Shown in pieces: positions 62,434 to 64,000 of a stretch of DNA of 64,000 nucleotides; the first letter of the stretch is position 1, and each line of letters begins with the position of its first letter. Origin of the DNA: Octopus bimaculoides (Eukaryota); the NCBI RefSeq assembly GCF_001194135.2, contig NC_068983.1, forward strand, positions 94,264,409 through 94,328,408, given 5' to 3'. A program made the position numbers and the translations under genes. Below the pieces are notes generated by a model. It was not told where the DNA came from, made no database searches, and saw only the letters and a program-made list of their open reading frames with translations.

Positions 62434-63618
62434 GTAAGTGTTGTTAATGCAATCAACTAGCCCCCTCCCACAAAATTTCAGGCCTTGTACCTATTATTAT
62501 TATTGACTGAGAGATCAATGCATGCAATCAAGGTCACACTAGGGTACAAATATACAAAACCCAATATGCCCATCATGACTACCTGTCTGATAAGGGTACA
62601 CCAGACACATGCATCACATCCATATATACATGACATGGTATATCATATCAAGATAAGCAGCATATGACCTTGCAGGTGGGGCCCAGTTAGAATTTTCTTT
62701 GGGTCAAGTAGCCCATCCCGCTCAAAAGGTTGCTGAATAAGGTTTGTTTAAGGATGATGAATGAAACATCCATGTTTCCAGAAGTGAATTATTCAAACTC
62801 CAAAGAATTCCTCTCAACACATGGCTATGATGCTCCCCCACTACTGCTTGTGATCAGAAATGCACATATCATCAACCACCAAGGGACATACTCAACTGGT
62901 TATGGTCAAGCAACTGACAAGCAAATCTGGTATTTAGCAGAATATTTGCTGTAGCTCATCTTTTATACCAAGACAAAACATGTACACGATAACACTTCCA
63001 ATCAGTTAAGATCAAAAGGCATGAGAGTCACATTACTGCTGTTGCTGCTGCTGCTGCTGTTGTTGTTATTGTTATTATTATTATTGCAGTGAGCTGGATG
63101 AAAAGCTTAGCAGTATTTCATCTGTTGCTATGTTCTGAGTTAAAATTCTGCCAAGGTTGACTTAGCCTTTCGTCCTTTTGGGGTCAGTAAATTAAGTACC
63201 AGTGAAACACGGGTCGATGTAATTGACCAGTTCCCTACCCCCAAATGTGAGGTCTTGTGCCTCTAGTAGAAAGGATTGTTATTATTATTGGTCATTGTAT
63301 CTGCGAACCAAATGTGAAACCAATACAAGATTTGGCGTTAAATTATTGGAAACAACTTCACTCTTTATTTTACTTTTTGTTGTTGTTTAGCCCCCAGGTC
63401 AGTCCTGGTTGGGCAGACCTATGATCAAAGGCATTCCAGCCATAACCATCTCATCTTTTCTCAGATATAACATATATAGGACTATGTTATTTCATATGTA
63501 TTTCCACTTCTGAAAATGGTAGAGTATGGTCTGAAAGAGATTTGGCTGCTATTTCTAGTTAGATGAGCAACTGCTGAGAAGAATCCTAGTTGGCTTCTTA
63601 ACTGAATGAGTTGCCAGT

Positions 63619-63818
63619 TTAACCCTTTAGCATTTAAACCGACCATATCTGGCTAAAAGATTCTACTGGTTTTATGTTCAAACTAGCCAGATATGGCCTC
63701 TCACACCTACCCTAAAATGTCATTCTAAAAATATACAATCACATCATTGAAATCTCAAAGCTACAATGAATAAGCAAACATTACATTTGACAGAGTAATC
63801 AGAATGCTAAAGGGTTAA
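63619..63818. mobile_element. TTAA-MITE copy (same orientation as 10278)
   Basis: TTAACCCTTTAGCATT ... AATGCTAAAGGGTTAA. Confidence 0.8.
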
Positions 63819-63922
63819 TGTAACTTGGAGTTTTATTCTTTTTGATATTTGCTATAATACTTCTTATCAGTGATACCAACTTGCAATAGGGGAAAATATA
63901 ATTTTCTAATTGCTTATTTTAG

Positions 63923-64000
63923 GTCAGCATTGACTGTTGTTCAACAGTTATGGAAAATCTTGGAAGAAATACCTGAGGACCCCAGGGAATTGCTGAAAGA
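63923..64000 (+). CDS. RB1: RB1 coding exon 13, start of pocket A domain; truncated by window edge
   Basis: tatttTAG acceptor; SALTVVQQLWKILEEIPEDPRELLK, cf. human [24 protein letters not shown]. Confidence 0.88.

Overview
Eukaryotic, AT-rich, repeat-dense genomic DNA. The repeat landscape (tRNA-derived SINEs, RTE LINEs with (ATG)n tails, long TA/CA/GA microsatellites) suggests an octopus genome (inference). None of the single long ORFs in the supplied track is a host gene. Two spliced + strand genes were instead reconstructed by hand from GT-AG exons in consistent reading phase. (1) The last six coding exons of SUCLA2, the ADP-forming succinyl-CoA ligase beta subunit (2292-12870, AATAAA at 13569). 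(2) The first 13 coding exons of an RB1-type retinoblastoma gene (ATG 27133, running off the window at 64000 at the start of pocket A), whose intron phases follow human RB1. The same two genes are near neighbours at human 13q14.2. Introns and the intergenic interval contain RTE and CR1/L2-type LINE remnants, Penelope-like elements (three with minimal hammerhead-ribozyme motifs), mariner and maT-like DNA transposon relics, a TTAA-flanked MITE family, many SINEs, and several long inverted repeats. The most striking observation is a young gypsy-type LTR element (18303-19375, 5-bp TSD GGTAC). It has no canonical TGG primer-binding site; instead the 12 nt directly abutting its 5' LTR are the exact complement of nucleotides 1-12 (the 5' end) of metazoan tRNA-Phe, pointing to an unusual priming mechanism. 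Five N gaps limit interpretation, including the interior of that LTR element.
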